From an uncultured Planctomycetia bacterium (GTDB lineage Bacteria > Omnitrophota > Gorgyraeia > 2-02-FULL-51-18), in the NCBI GenBank assembly GCA_964642015.1, contig CAZXLF010000002.1, positions 159,678-223,677 of the forward strand: DNA of 64,000 nucleotides, read 5' to 3'. The translations under genes were made by a program, and so were the position numbers. The notes under the pieces are model-generated. The model saw only the letters and a program-made list of their open reading frames with translations. It ran no database searches and had not been told where the DNA came from. Within the stretch, counting starts at the first letter, position 1. Each line of letters opens with the position of its first letter. This document shows, one piece after another, positions 8,955 to 18,272 of this stretch.

Positions 8955-10040
8955 ATGTCCGCAAGTAATATTTTGAGCGGGAATGAGACGACTAATATAC
9001 TAAAAGCTGCGCAGATATTAAAAAGCGGCGGCATTGTTGTTTTTCCTACCGAGACCGTCTACGGTCTGGGGGCGGATGCGACCAATCCTTTGGCTGTTGC
9101 TAAGATCTTTGAAGTAAAAAAGCGTCCCCGATTCGATCCATTGATCGTCCATGTGTCTTCTGTTGAGGAAGCATTATCTTTATGGAAGGAGACGCCGGCT
9201 GTCACTCACCGGCTTGTGAAAACTTTTTGGCCAGGTCCTTTGACACTGATATTGCCGAAGAACGATAAGATTCCCGATATTGTTACCGCGGGACTTCCTA
9301 GCGTTGCAGTCAGAATGCCTAACAATGAGACTGCACTATCCTTGATCCGAGCGCTTGGAAAGCCTGTCGCAGCTCCGAGCGCTAATCTTTTTGGTTACAC
9401 AAGTTCCACGACTGCTGAAGCGGTTGCAGAAGACTTTGAAGATAAGGTGGATCTGATTCTCGATGGAGGCCCTACTAAAGTTGGGATCGAATCGACGGTT
9501 TTGAAGATAGAAAAAAACAGCGTCACGCTTTTGAGACCCGGAGGAATCAATGTTGAAGAGATCGAAAAGATAGTTCCGGTCACAAAAACAAAGGAAGATG
9601 ATGGAAAAGTTTATGAATCACCTGGACAGATGAAAAGTCATTATGCGCCTTGGACGAACTTGTCTCTGATGGGTTCCGAGTTCGCTGATTTTGTCGCGGA
9701 ACTTCGCCAGATACAGAGATCGTTTCATGAACGGGATATTGCTTGGCCGCGGTTGGGGCTTTTATTGTTCGCGCAGAGGGATCTGGAGAAGATAGAACAG
9801 GGAGCGCATCTTTTTGAGAAAATAGAAGTTTTAAGCAAAGAAGGCGATCTGCGCGAAGCAGCCGCGAATCTCTTTCAAAGTATCCGCAAACTTGATAAAA
9901 TAAACCTCGATGTTCTTATTGCGGAGTCGATGCCCGAACGAGGCCTGGGCCTTGCGATCATGGATCGTCTGAAAAAAGCTGCAGCAGGTCACGTGGAAAT
10001 CCGGGAATACTTAAAAAATCTAATTTCGAGAGTGAGCTGA
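8955..10040 (+). CDS. tsaC: L-threonylcarbamoyladenylate synthase, Sua5 type (YrdC domain + Sua5 C-terminal domain)
   Basis: 'VVFPTETVYGLGADATNPLAVAKIFEVKKRPRFDPLIVHV' is the YrdC signature. The 361 aa length implies a C-terminal Sua5 domain. Confidence 0.85.
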   Translation: MSASNILSGNETTNILKAAQILKSGGIVVFPTETVYGLGADATNPLAVAKIFEVKKRPRFDPLIVHVSSVEEALSLWKETPAVTHRLVKTFWPGPLTLILPKNDKIPDIVTAGLPSVAVRMPNNETALSLIRALGKPVAAPSANLFGYTSSTTAEAVAEDFEDKVDLILDGGPTKVGIESTVLKIEKNSVTLLRPGGINVEEIEKIVPVTKTKEDDGKVYESPGQMKSHYAPWTNLSLMGSEFADFVAELRQIQRSFHERDIAWPRLGLLLFAQRDLEKIEQGAHLFEKIEVLSKEGDLREAAANLFQSIRKLDKINLDVLIAESMPERGLGLAIMDRLKKAAAGHVEIREYLKNLISRVS

Positions 10041-10042
10041 CC

Positions 10043-10978
10043 ATGTCTAACACAACAAACCTGGGAACCAAAATGGCTGAACAAGAAACTGTCTGGGAGA
10101 CAAAACTTCCTCTAACCCTTTTGAACCGCGGCAAAGTGCGCGATATCTATGCGCTGAGTGAAGACCGGTTATTGATCGTAACGACTGACAGGTTGAGCGC
10201 GTTCGATGTGGTGCTTCCGACACCGATCACAGATAAAGGACGCGTATTGAATCAGATCTCTCTTTTTTGGTTCGAAAAATTCAAGGATCTTGTGCCAAAT
10301 CATGTGATCACGGCCGATATCGACAAGATGGGTCTGGACTTGTCCATCCTCAAACAATTCGGACCTGCGTTAAGAGGCCGATCGATCCTTGTGCATCGCG
10401 CCAAGCCGCTTCCGGTCGAATGTGTGGTGCGCGGATTCATTACGGGCTCGGGATGGAAAGATTATCAGAAAACCGGAAAAATTTGCGGGCATTCTCTGCC
10501 TCCCGGCATGAAACAATGCCAAGAGATCCTTCAGCCGATATTTACTCCGGCTACAAAAGCGACCGTCGGCCATGACATGAATATTGATTTCAATGAGACT
10601 GTCAAACTCGTCGGGCAAAAGATCGCTGAACAGATCCGGGACCTGTCGATCCTGATCTATAAGAAAGGGGTCGAATTCGCTAAAACGCGGGATATTTTGA
10701 TCGCTGACACTAAATTTGAATTCGGTATCTATAAGGACAAACTGATTCTTATCGATGAGGTGCTTACGCCTGACAGCTCGAGATTTTGGCCTAAGGAGAA
10801 ATATCAGCCCGGTCAGGACCAGCCTAGTCTGGATAAACAGATCGTCAGAAATTGGCTTCTCCAATCCGGCTGGAACCAGACGCCTCCGGGCCCTGAGCTT
10901 CCTCAAAACATAGCGGAGCAAACATCTTTAGCCTACAAAGATGTATACAAGAGGTTGACCGGGAAAGATCTCGTTTGA
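10043..10978 (+). CDS. purC: Phosphoribosylaminoimidazole-succinocarboxamide synthase (SAICAR synthetase)
   Basis: 'LNRGKVRDIYAL…DRLLIVTTDRLSAFDVVLPT' and 'DTKFEFG' are PurC signatures. Confidence 0.9.
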   Translation: MSNTTNLGTKMAEQETVWETKLPLTLLNRGKVRDIYALSEDRLLIVTTDRLSAFDVVLPTPITDKGRVLNQISLFWFEKFKDLVPNHVITADIDKMGLDLSILKQFGPALRGRSILVHRAKPLPVECVVRGFITGSGWKDYQKTGKICGHSLPPGMKQCQEILQPIFTPATKATVGHDMNIDFNETVKLVGQKIAEQIRDLSILIYKKGVEFAKTRDILIADTKFEFGIYKDKLILIDEVLTPDSSRFWPKEKYQPGQDQPSLDKQIVRNWLLQSGWNQTPPGPELPQNIAEQTSLAYKDVYKRLTGKDLV

Positions 10979-11520
10979 AATTTTCGCGAATTGCCCGCTT
11001 CTGCATATTTTCGGCAGTTTTTTTTTGTTTTTCCGTTAATGTTCAGGCAACAGACGAGCCTTATAAATGTGTTATTACCATCGAAAGTGTGTTGTTAAAA
11101 AAAGATTCCGGCGAGTGGATCACTATTATAGATCCGGATCATCAAGTGGACCTGATGCACCAGGATCCGACTGTCTCATTTTTTAATAACGGTCGGCGGG
11201 TTCCGCCGGGAAAATACAGTAATTTCAAGATCCTTCTTTCTAAGACGATCAAAGCCGGAACCGTTGAAAAGCCGGATCTGATCTATGACGCCAAGAGTTC
11301 TGAGATCGCAATTTACGGAAATAGGGATCTTGCCAAGATCCTCAGTGTGAGCGCATCCTCATTTATCAGCGTGTGGTTCAACCTCGATCTTTCAAATACG
11401 GTATCTGGCCGCGGTCCACAGGCCGAATTTACTCCTCCCAGACAGGTCAGACAGGCGAAGATCACTATTGATGATCAGGAAGTTGTTGTGCCGGGCAGCG
11501 ATATAACGTTATCTTATTGA
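10975..11520 (+). CDS. Secreted hypothetical protein, DUF4382-like beta-rich domain (paralog A)
   Basis: Signal peptide. 'CVITIESVLLKKDSGEWITIIDPDHQVDLMHQDP…VPPGKYSNFKILLSK' resembles my recollection of the DUF4382 pattern (v.i..v.l…g.W…fdLl…lpaG.Y..irl). Confidence 0.45.
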   Translation: MKFSRIARFCIFSAVFFCFSVNVQATDEPYKCVITIESVLLKKDSGEWITIIDPDHQVDLMHQDPTVSFFNNGRRVPPGKYSNFKILLSKTIKAGTVEKPDLIYDAKSSEIAIYGNRDLAKILSVSASSFISVWFNLDLSNTVSGRGPQAEFTPPRQVRQAKITIDDQEVVVPGSDITLSY

Positions 11521-12263
11521 ATGTTGGGCCATTTTCTATGTTAAAAAAATTTTCCGTCCCCTTGATTTTGTTTTATATATTTTTGACGTCCTCGCTTTGG
11601 AGAATAAAACCATGCTTTGCCTCCGGCGATGCCACACACTGCATTATTACGGTTAAAAAAGTATGGTTGAAAAATGTCTCAGGTGATTGGGTCTCAGTTG
11701 ACCTTCCTGAGCATCAGGTGGACCTGACGCAGGAAGAGCCGATCTTCTCTTTTGTTAATTATAAGAAAGTCCCGCGCGGAAAATACGTGAATTTTAAAGT
11801 GGTGATCTCGGAGACCCTAAAAGTTTCAGGGAAGGACGGAAGGAATATGACCAAAGCCGGCGGCGAGATCACAGTCGGCGGAACAGCGGCTACTATAGCT
11901 GATCTTCCGGGAGACATCACTTCATTGGCAGCAACTTCTCCGACGTGGAACGACAAGGAAGAGGGACTGATCACAGAGCATCTGAATCTGGATTTTGAAG
12001 ACCGCAATGACACGATGGAAATATACCCGCGAAGGGATTTTAATAAACCTTTTGTGATTAAGGAAGGTTCGGGCGTGCATTTGTGGCTTACCGTGAGCCT
12101 AAGCCATACGATCTATTTCATGTTCCCTAACGCGATCCGCAAGAACGTGCCTACCCAATATGTGATGTATTTTATCCCTCCGAAAGAGGTTGATGACATG
12201 TCCATTGTTGTTGATTCTTCGACAAGTTTCGCACCCGGAGATCTGGTTGTTTGGGATTTTTGA
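11517..12263 (+). CDS. Secreted hypothetical protein, DUF4382-like (paralog B, C-terminally extended)
   Basis: 'HCIITVKKVWLKNVSGDWVSVDLPEHQVDLTQEEP…VPRGKYVNFKVVISE' is clearly paralogous to the upstream gene. Overlaps its stop. Confidence 0.45.
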   Translation: MNVGPFSMLKKFSVPLILFYIFLTSSLWRIKPCFASGDATHCIITVKKVWLKNVSGDWVSVDLPEHQVDLTQEEPIFSFVNYKKVPRGKYVNFKVVISETLKVSGKDGRNMTKAGGEITVGGTAATIADLPGDITSLAATSPTWNDKEEGLITEHLNLDFEDRNDTMEIYPRRDFNKPFVIKEGSGVHLWLTVSLSHTIYFMFPNAIRKNVPTQYVMYFIPPKEVDDMSIVVDSSTSFAPGDLVVWDF

Positions 12264-12266
12264 TGC

Positions 12267-13319
12267 CTAGAGGAATTTTTGTCGGTAAAGTTTGACTAAA
12301 GCGAAAAAAAGCGAGATCAGAGTAGGCGCTAAAAATATTCCCACGAATCCGTAAAGCTGCAGTCCTCCCAGGATCCCCAGGAAAAGCAAAAAATAGGGGA
12401 GTTTTGTTTTCTCGCCGATGAAAAGAGGTTTCAGAAAATTGTCGACCAGACTGATGATAAACGTGCCGAGCAGGAACAGAACGAACGCTTTGTGGAATTG
12501 CTGGACTATTATCAAATAAGCCACGAAAGAACCCCAGACAAGTGATGCGCCCATGACCGGGAGGAACGCTGCGAGGAACGTAAGGGCTGCGAAAAAGATC
12601 GGCAGCGGAAGTTTTAGAAGCCAGAAAATGATACCTGCTGTCAGCGCTTGGGCGATAGCGGTCAAGAGCTGACCGTGGAGCACTGCCGCGAACGTTTCAT
12701 TGATCTGTTTGAAAATATGTTTTTTGTCCTGCTCATCCATCGGGGTTATTTCGTAAATGATGCGGTAGATCCGATCGCCGTCCTTTAGAAAGAAAAAGGA
12801 AAGGAACAGCGAAAGCAGCAGATTAAGACTGGATAATAAGATATTCCTTGTGATCTTTGCGGCTTGGATCGCTGTAAAATTACCAAGTGTCTTTACCGTA
12901 TTCAGGATCCAATCTCCCGAATTGCGATGCACGAATCCGGCGAATACTTTGCTTGTCTCGATCCTGTGAAAGAAAGGCAAGCGGTGGAGTTGATCGATCA
13001 GATCCTTTAAGCGGCCGCCTTCAATATAATTCCAGAGGAAATCGTAGAGTTTTGTCGCTTCGAGCGCAAGATGGACTACGACGATCCCTATTAAAGGAAC
13101 AACGGTCAACAGGATCAGGAATAAAGTCAAAAGCGCGGAAACAGTTTCGTGGCCTTTAAGGGTTTTCAGCAGGCGCTTATAGATCGGATAGAATACAAAA
13201 GCAAGGACACAAGCCCAGAAGATCGGTTCAAAGAAATAAGAAAAGATCAGACAGACTTGATAGAAGATGAAAATGAACAGGGCTATAAAGAAGTAGGATA
13301 CCAGGCGGTCGCGGGTCAT
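12267..13319 (-). CDS. AI-2E family (PerM/TqsA/UPF0118) membrane transporter
   Basis: 350 aa polytopic membrane protein. The N-terminal topology and hydrophobic pattern are typical of the AI-2E family. Confidence 0.65.
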   Translation of the reverse strand: MTRDRLVSYFFIALFIFIFYQVCLIFSYFFEPIFWACVLAFVFYPIYKRLLKTLKGHETVSALLTLFLILLTVVPLIGIVVVHLALEATKLYDFLWNYIEGGRLKDLIDQLHRLPFFHRIETSKVFAGFVHRNSGDWILNTVKTLGNFTAIQAAKITRNILLSSLNLLLSLFLSFFFLKDGDRIYRIIYEITPMDEQDKKHIFKQINETFAAVLHGQLLTAIAQALTAGIIFWLLKLPLPIFFAALTFLAAFLPVMGASLVWGSFVAYLIIVQQFHKAFVLFLLGTFIISLVDNFLKPLFIGEKTKLPYFLLFLGILGGLQLYGFVGIFLAPTLISLFFALVKLYRQKFL

Positions 13320-13440
13320 GTTTGTAATATATCAAGCCAATGGATTTAAAAAAAGGAAAAAATCAAGCTCTTTTGAATAAAGAAATATGGGAATTTATAT
13401 TTTTATTGAGCTGTAAATCGATCCCGCGATAGAATACATC

Positions 13441-13974
13441 ATGAATCTTTTGATCCGTTTACTTATCGTTTTTATCACGGCATTGTTTCGGAAGCCTTTG
13501 AGTCCAATCGGCGAATCCGTGCTTGATTTTCGTGTGCTGCCCAGCGACTTGGATGTGTATGGCCACATGAATAACGGACGCTACTTGACCTTAATGGACC
13601 TTGGCCGGATGGACATGCTTTACCGTACAGGTCTTATTCATATCGCGAAGAAACGCCGCTGGAATCCTCTTGTAGCATCTTCGTTAGTGCGTTACAAAAA
13701 ATCCTTGTCGCTTTTTCAGCCTTACCGGCTTCATACAAGGATCGTTTGTTGGGATGAAAAGTGGTTTTTTATCGAACAAAAGTTTAAAATAAATGGCCAT
13801 GATATAGCTGTCGGACTGATCAAAGGATTGTTCTATGGTCACAAAGGCAAGGTACCTACCGAGACAGTGATCGCGGCACTTGGCCATCAGATGTCCAGTC
13901 CCCCGATGCCGGATTCTATTAAAATGTGGCTTGAAACGGAATCGATAATGAACGACCATAAAAAATCGAATTAA
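13441..13974 (+). CDS. Hotdog-fold acyl-CoA thioesterase (4HBT/YbgC-like)
   Basis: 'DLDVYGHMNNGRYLTLMDLGRMD' resembles the 4HBT thioesterase motif. Confidence 0.65.
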   Translation: MNLLIRLLIVFITALFRKPLSPIGESVLDFRVLPSDLDVYGHMNNGRYLTLMDLGRMDMLYRTGLIHIAKKRRWNPLVASSLVRYKKSLSLFQPYRLHTRIVCWDEKWFFIEQKFKINGHDIAVGLIKGLFYGHKGKVPTETVIAALGHQMSSPPMPDSIKMWLETESIMNDHKKSN

Positions 13975-13982
13975 CGGTTGAA

Positions 13983-14591
13983 ATGTCATCCATCAAAACC
14001 AGTAAACTCTTGGTCTTTGTTATTTTTTTCTTGGTGAAAGCTTCGGTTGTGTTTGCCGAAGGCAGCGTTGATGAGCTAAAGCCTATAGATCTTGATGGTG
14101 ACGGTAAAATGGAGAAAGTCACCCTGGTTTATAGTGAACCTGATGACTATGGAAACTGCACGGCAACGCTTCAGATAGAATCGTTGGGAAAAGTTTATTC
14201 GATGGCTCTGAAAGAAGGTTTTAACGCAGACACCACCTATTTGAAGAAACTTGTCATTTCGCCGAATGTAAAGCCGTTTGTAATGGTCGATTCCAAGACG
14301 AATCTGAATTATAACCGGCGCATCTATTCTTTTGATGGGCGGCAGATCAAAGAAGAATTAGTGATCTTTTCAAATTTCCCGAAGATCGAAGAAAAAGACA
14401 TGGATCATGACGGCATCAATGAAATCGTGGCTAAATATCGGGATGATCGCCCCGGCCGAGATCCCAAGAAAGACAGTTATGAAAGATACTACAAGTGGAG
14501 CGGGATGCATTTTTATGATAGCACCGACGATCGTTTTAAACACGAGGCCGCGCCTTCACCGTCTCCAAAATCAGATGATGACGATCTTTAA
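13983..14591 (+). CDS. Secreted hypothetical protein with two DxDxDG calcium-binding-like motifs and acidic C-terminus
   Basis: Signal peptide. 'DLDGDGKME' and 'DMDHDGINEI' motifs. The tail reads 'SPSPKSDDDDL'. Confidence 0.4.
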   Translation: MSSIKTSKLLVFVIFFLVKASVVFAEGSVDELKPIDLDGDGKMEKVTLVYSEPDDYGNCTATLQIESLGKVYSMALKEGFNADTTYLKKLVISPNVKPFVMVDSKTNLNYNRRIYSFDGRQIKEELVIFSNFPKIEEKDMDHDGINEIVAKYRDDRPGRDPKKDSYERYYKWSGMHFYDSTDDRFKHEAAPSPSPKSDDDDL

Positions 14592-14609
14592 CTTGAGAAA
14601 GGAGAATAT

Positions 14610-15194
14610 ATGGCCCTGACACCTTCCACCATGCTCGAACTTAAGACCAAGGCTCCGGATTTTTCTCTGAACGACGTGGTTTCAGGGAATAAGATTTCTT
14701 TATCGGTTTTCAGGGAAAAAAAATCACTTCTTGTGATGTTTATCTGCCGCCATTGTCCTTATGTCCAGCACATCAAGGCGGAACTCTCTCGATTGGGCAG
14801 GGATTATCAAAATAAAGACATCGGTATCGTGGCCATCAGTTCCAATGATGCGGCGAATTATCCTGAAGATTCCCCGAAAGGCTTGAAAGAATTCGCGAAA
14901 GAGATCGGCCTCTCGTATCCGCTTTGTTATGATGAAGATCAATCGGTCGCAAAAGCATACACGGCGGCGTGCACGCCGGATTTTTTTCTTTTTGACTCCG
15001 CGCGGCAGCTTGTTTATCGAGGCCAATTGGATGACTCAAGGCCCGGGAACGGGAAGCCGGTAACAGGAAAAGACTTGAGAGCGGCGATGGACGCTTTGCT
15101 GGCCGGCCGGCCAGTCAGCGCCGAACAAAAACCCAGCATCGGATGCAATATTAAGTGGAAAATCGGCAACGAGCCGGCGTATTATGGGCATTAA
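14610..15194 (+). CDS. Thioredoxin-fold thiol-disulfide oxidoreductase (redoxin/AhpC-TSA-like)
   Basis: CxxC-type motif 'CRHCPYVQH' in a redoxin-like context. Confidence 0.65.
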   Translation: MALTPSTMLELKTKAPDFSLNDVVSGNKISLSVFREKKSLLVMFICRHCPYVQHIKAELSRLGRDYQNKDIGIVAISSNDAANYPEDSPKGLKEFAKEIGLSYPLCYDEDQSVAKAYTAACTPDFFLFDSARQLVYRGQLDDSRPGNGKPVTGKDLRAAMDALLAGRPVSAEQKPSIGCNIKWKIGNEPAYYGH

Positions 15195-15222
15195 GGAGCT
15201 TCTTGTTCAATAAAGAATCGAA

Positions 15223-16191
15223 TTGGATTACTTGAAGAACGCAATCTTTTCGTTCATCGCGTTTTGCCTGGTCTTGATCTTTTCATTTGCCTGTCTCGAG
15301 ATCCCTTCTTATTTCGTCTATAAGCACAGATACCGCGAGGATGAGAAGAATCTTTTTTATGAGCACGATCCGTTTCTTGGATGGTTCCCTGAAAAAAATA
15401 GCCGGCGCAGTTTCAAGGCTGCGCAGCAAACTCTTGTGATCCATAACAGCCGTGGCTTCAGGGATCGGGAATTTGTCGATACCGGCAAGCCGGTGGTCGC
15501 TTTTATCGGCGATTCTTTTACATGGGGATTTGACGTGGACCAAAATAACCGTTTTACCGATATCCTTAGAAAAAAAATGCCCGGTTTTAATGTGGTGAAT
15601 TTGGGCGTCAGCGCCTATAGCACGGATCAGGAATATCTTTTATTGCGCAGAGAGTTCAATTTTTATAAACCATCTATCGTGGTGCTGATGTTCTGCGGCA
15701 ATGATCGCGAGGGCAATTCTTCAAATAAAGCTTACGGCTATTACAAGCCATATTTCAAATATTCCGGATCAAAACTGACCGTGAACGGCATTCCGGTCTC
15801 AAAGAACGCGATGTACGCGTTTAAATCAAGCCGGCTGTTCTATAAACCATATTTTCTCTTATTTTTCCTCAAACTTTATGATAAGTTGTTCTCTGAAAAA
15901 GAGATTTGGGTGGCCGATCCGACCTCCAGGATCATTACCGATATGGATATTTTTTCGCGCCAAAGGAATGCGGCTTTTATCGTTGCGTTGATCGACAAGG
16001 ATACAGAGCTTAAGCGTTTTTGTGCGGATCATCATATTAAAATAATTGACCTATCTTCTGTGGGAGAAGGGTTAAGATTCACATACGGCGGCGGACACTG
16101 GAACGAGAGAGGCCATCAGGCAGTTGCGGATTTGGTTTATAATTATTTTTCAAAATGGACTGCCGGCGTTCAAACCGCTCGAGCCGCCTAA
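15223..16191 (+). CDS. Membrane-anchored SGNH/GDSL hydrolase
   Basis: N-terminal TM helix. GDSL block 'VVAFIGDSFTWG' plus downstream 'GNDREGN'-type blocks. Confidence 0.55.
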   Translation: MDYLKNAIFSFIAFCLVLIFSFACLEIPSYFVYKHRYREDEKNLFYEHDPFLGWFPEKNSRRSFKAAQQTLVIHNSRGFRDREFVDTGKPVVAFIGDSFTWGFDVDQNNRFTDILRKKMPGFNVVNLGVSAYSTDQEYLLLRREFNFYKPSIVVLMFCGNDREGNSSNKAYGYYKPYFKYSGSKLTVNGIPVSKNAMYAFKSSRLFYKPYFLLFFLKLYDKLFSEKEIWVADPTSRIITDMDIFSRQRNAAFIVALIDKDTELKRFCADHHIKIIDLSSVGEGLRFTYGGGHWNERGHQAVADLVYNYFSKWTAGVQTARAA

Positions 16192-16393
16192 TAGAAATTA
16201 AAGATTTGGCGAATTATATTTTGGCGGCGTAAAAAGGCAAAAGGATTGAAAAATGCCGGATATTCTGCGCCGGGCGGGCATTAGAGAAAGTCCGAAGTTT
16301 TTAACCATGCCGGCGATCGGGCGAAAGGCCGTTTACGAGCAGAAACAGCATTGGCGGAAGGGCCGTGATCGATGATGAGTTTGACACCTGAGT

Positions 16394-17425
16394 TTGGGTA
16401 ATTCGCTGGATTCACGATTGGTTTGTCCTCGCAGTCATCGTCCGCTGGAGATGAGAACCGGGTTTCTAGTTTCCGATTCGGGTATAAAATATCCGATCGT
16501 GGACGGTGTGCCAGTAATGCTATTAGATGATATTCAGCCGACTATGATGTTGGTTGAAAATTCGCTTAAAAGAGCGTGGGGACAATATCAAGATGTGCGT
16601 GTGCCCGAGCTTTATTTGGAATCGTTGGGTTTAGTCGAGTCTGAGAAAGTCGGGATCATAGAACTTTACAAAGCAGGAAATTGCGATATTGATCCTGTGG
16701 TATCGTTCCTTATCGGAGCGACCAATGGGATCATGTATAGATCGCAGATCGGGAATTTAAAAGAATACCCCATTCCTGGATTGCCTCTGCCCCGTTCGCA
16801 AGGGGAGTCTTTTTTGGACATTGGCTGCAACTGGGGGCGTTGGTGTATTGCCGCCGAGAGATTGGGCTATAAGAGTGTGGGCATCGACCCTTCCTTAGGC
16901 GCTATAATGGCTGCGAGGCGAGTAGCTCAGCAGCTTAAGGCACCTATCGATTATGTTGTCGGTGACGGGCGGTGTCTGCCGTTCCGGTCCGATAGTTTTG
17001 ATGTTGTTTTTTCGTATAGTGTGCTACAGCATTTAAGCAGGGAAAACGTTGAGCAGACGCTTGCGGAGATAAATCGGGTTTTAAAACCCAACGGGCGCTG
17101 CCTGATCCAGATGGCCCATAAATGGGGAATACGGTCTATTTATCACCAAGCCAGCAGAGGTTTCAGAGAGGCTCATGGTTTCGAGGTCAGGTATTGGAGT
17201 GTCGGGGATCTCAAGAAAAGCTTTCGAAACGCTATCGGAGAACCGAAGGTTTTTGTGGACTGTTTTTTTGGACTGGGCTTGCAGAAGTCTGACATTCAAT
17301 TGATGTCTCTGCCGAAGAAATGCCTTATTTATATGTCAGAATTTCTCAAGAAGGTGAGTTCAAGACTGTCTTTTTTCATTTATTTAGCGGATAGTCTTTT
17401 TGTGGAATCTTGGAAGCCACAATAA
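16394..17425 (+). CDS. Trm112-like zinc-ribbon domain fused to class I SAM-dependent methyltransferase
   Basis: 'RLVCP…YPIVDGVPVML' is a Trm112/UPF0434 motif. Methyltransferase motif I 'LDIGCNWGRWCIAAERLGYKSVGIDPS'. Apparent TTG start. Confidence 0.6.
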   Translation: MGNSLDSRLVCPRSHRPLEMRTGFLVSDSGIKYPIVDGVPVMLLDDIQPTMMLVENSLKRAWGQYQDVRVPELYLESLGLVESEKVGIIELYKAGNCDIDPVVSFLIGATNGIMYRSQIGNLKEYPIPGLPLPRSQGESFLDIGCNWGRWCIAAERLGYKSVGIDPSLGAIMAARRVAQQLKAPIDYVVGDGRCLPFRSDSFDVVFSYSVLQHLSRENVEQTLAEINRVLKPNGRCLIQMAHKWGIRSIYHQASRGFREAHGFEVRYWSVGDLKKSFRNAIGEPKVFVDCFFGLGLQKSDIQLMSLPKKCLIYMSEFLKKVSSRLSFFIYLADSLFVESWKPQ

Positions 17426-17558
17426 ATGATAAAGAAGATTTTTTTAAGACATTTGGCTGGCCAATGCCGCGACTTTGCGGGATTTTCAGAGGATGCGAAA
17501 ATGGTGTTTCAGGCATTGGCGGAGGGTTGCTAATGGCGATTAGAAAGGCTTCGCATTA

Positions 17559-18203
17559 ATGGGGATAGTCAGAGTTTCCGCTTTTGCGGTTTCGCTTGAT
17601 GGTTTTGGGGCGGGCCTGGATCAGGATATTAAGAACCCTCTGGGTGTAGACGGTGCGAAGATCTTCGAATGGTTTTTTAAAACCAAGGCGTTTGGAAAAA
17701 TGCATGGCACTCAGGGCGGGAGTGACGGTATCGATAACGATTTCGCCGAAAGAGCGATGCAAAATGTCGGCGCTTGGATCTTGGGGCGCAATATGTTCGG
17801 TCCCGTCCGTGGCCCGTGGCCTGACGATTCCTGGAAAGGCTGGTGGGGCGAGGAGCCGCCTTATCATTGCGATGTGTTTGTTTTGACGCATCACCCGAGG
17901 ACCTCTATCCCGATGAAGGGCGGGACCGTGTTTCATTTTGTGACGGATGGTATCCATGCGGCACTTGATCGTGCCAAAAAGTCGGCTAAAGGCAAAGATG
18001 TCCGCATCGGCGGGGGCGTTTCGACGCTCCGTCAATACCTGAAGGCAGGTCTGATCGACGAAATGCACTTCGCTTATTCGCCGGTGTATTTGGGCGTCGG
18101 CGAAAATCTGCTTTCAGATATTAATTTGAATGCCTTGGGATTTAAGCATGTCGAACATGTCTCAGGCGAAAACGCGCTTCATGTTTTGCTGAAAAAAGCG
18201 TGA
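17559..18203 (+). CDS. Dihydrofolate reductase family protein (RibD C-terminal domain)
   Basis: 'MGIVRVSAFAVSLDGF…' and overall length are typical of the YwjB/RibD_C family. Confidence 0.65.
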   Translation: MGIVRVSAFAVSLDGFGAGLDQDIKNPLGVDGAKIFEWFFKTKAFGKMHGTQGGSDGIDNDFAERAMQNVGAWILGRNMFGPVRGPWPDDSWKGWWGEEPPYHCDVFVLTHHPRTSIPMKGGTVFHFVTDGIHAALDRAKKSAKGKDVRIGGGVSTLRQYLKAGLIDEMHFAYSPVYLGVGENLLSDINLNALGFKHVEHVSGENALHVLLKKA

Positions 18204-18272
18204 AGAACCGGTTTTTCAGGGATTGGTGGAAGAATTGTTAATGAGAGTTATTAATGAAACAGGGCAAAAATA

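Noticed and set aside
10370-10921. 183-aa minus-strand ORF
   Set aside because: Antisense inside purC.
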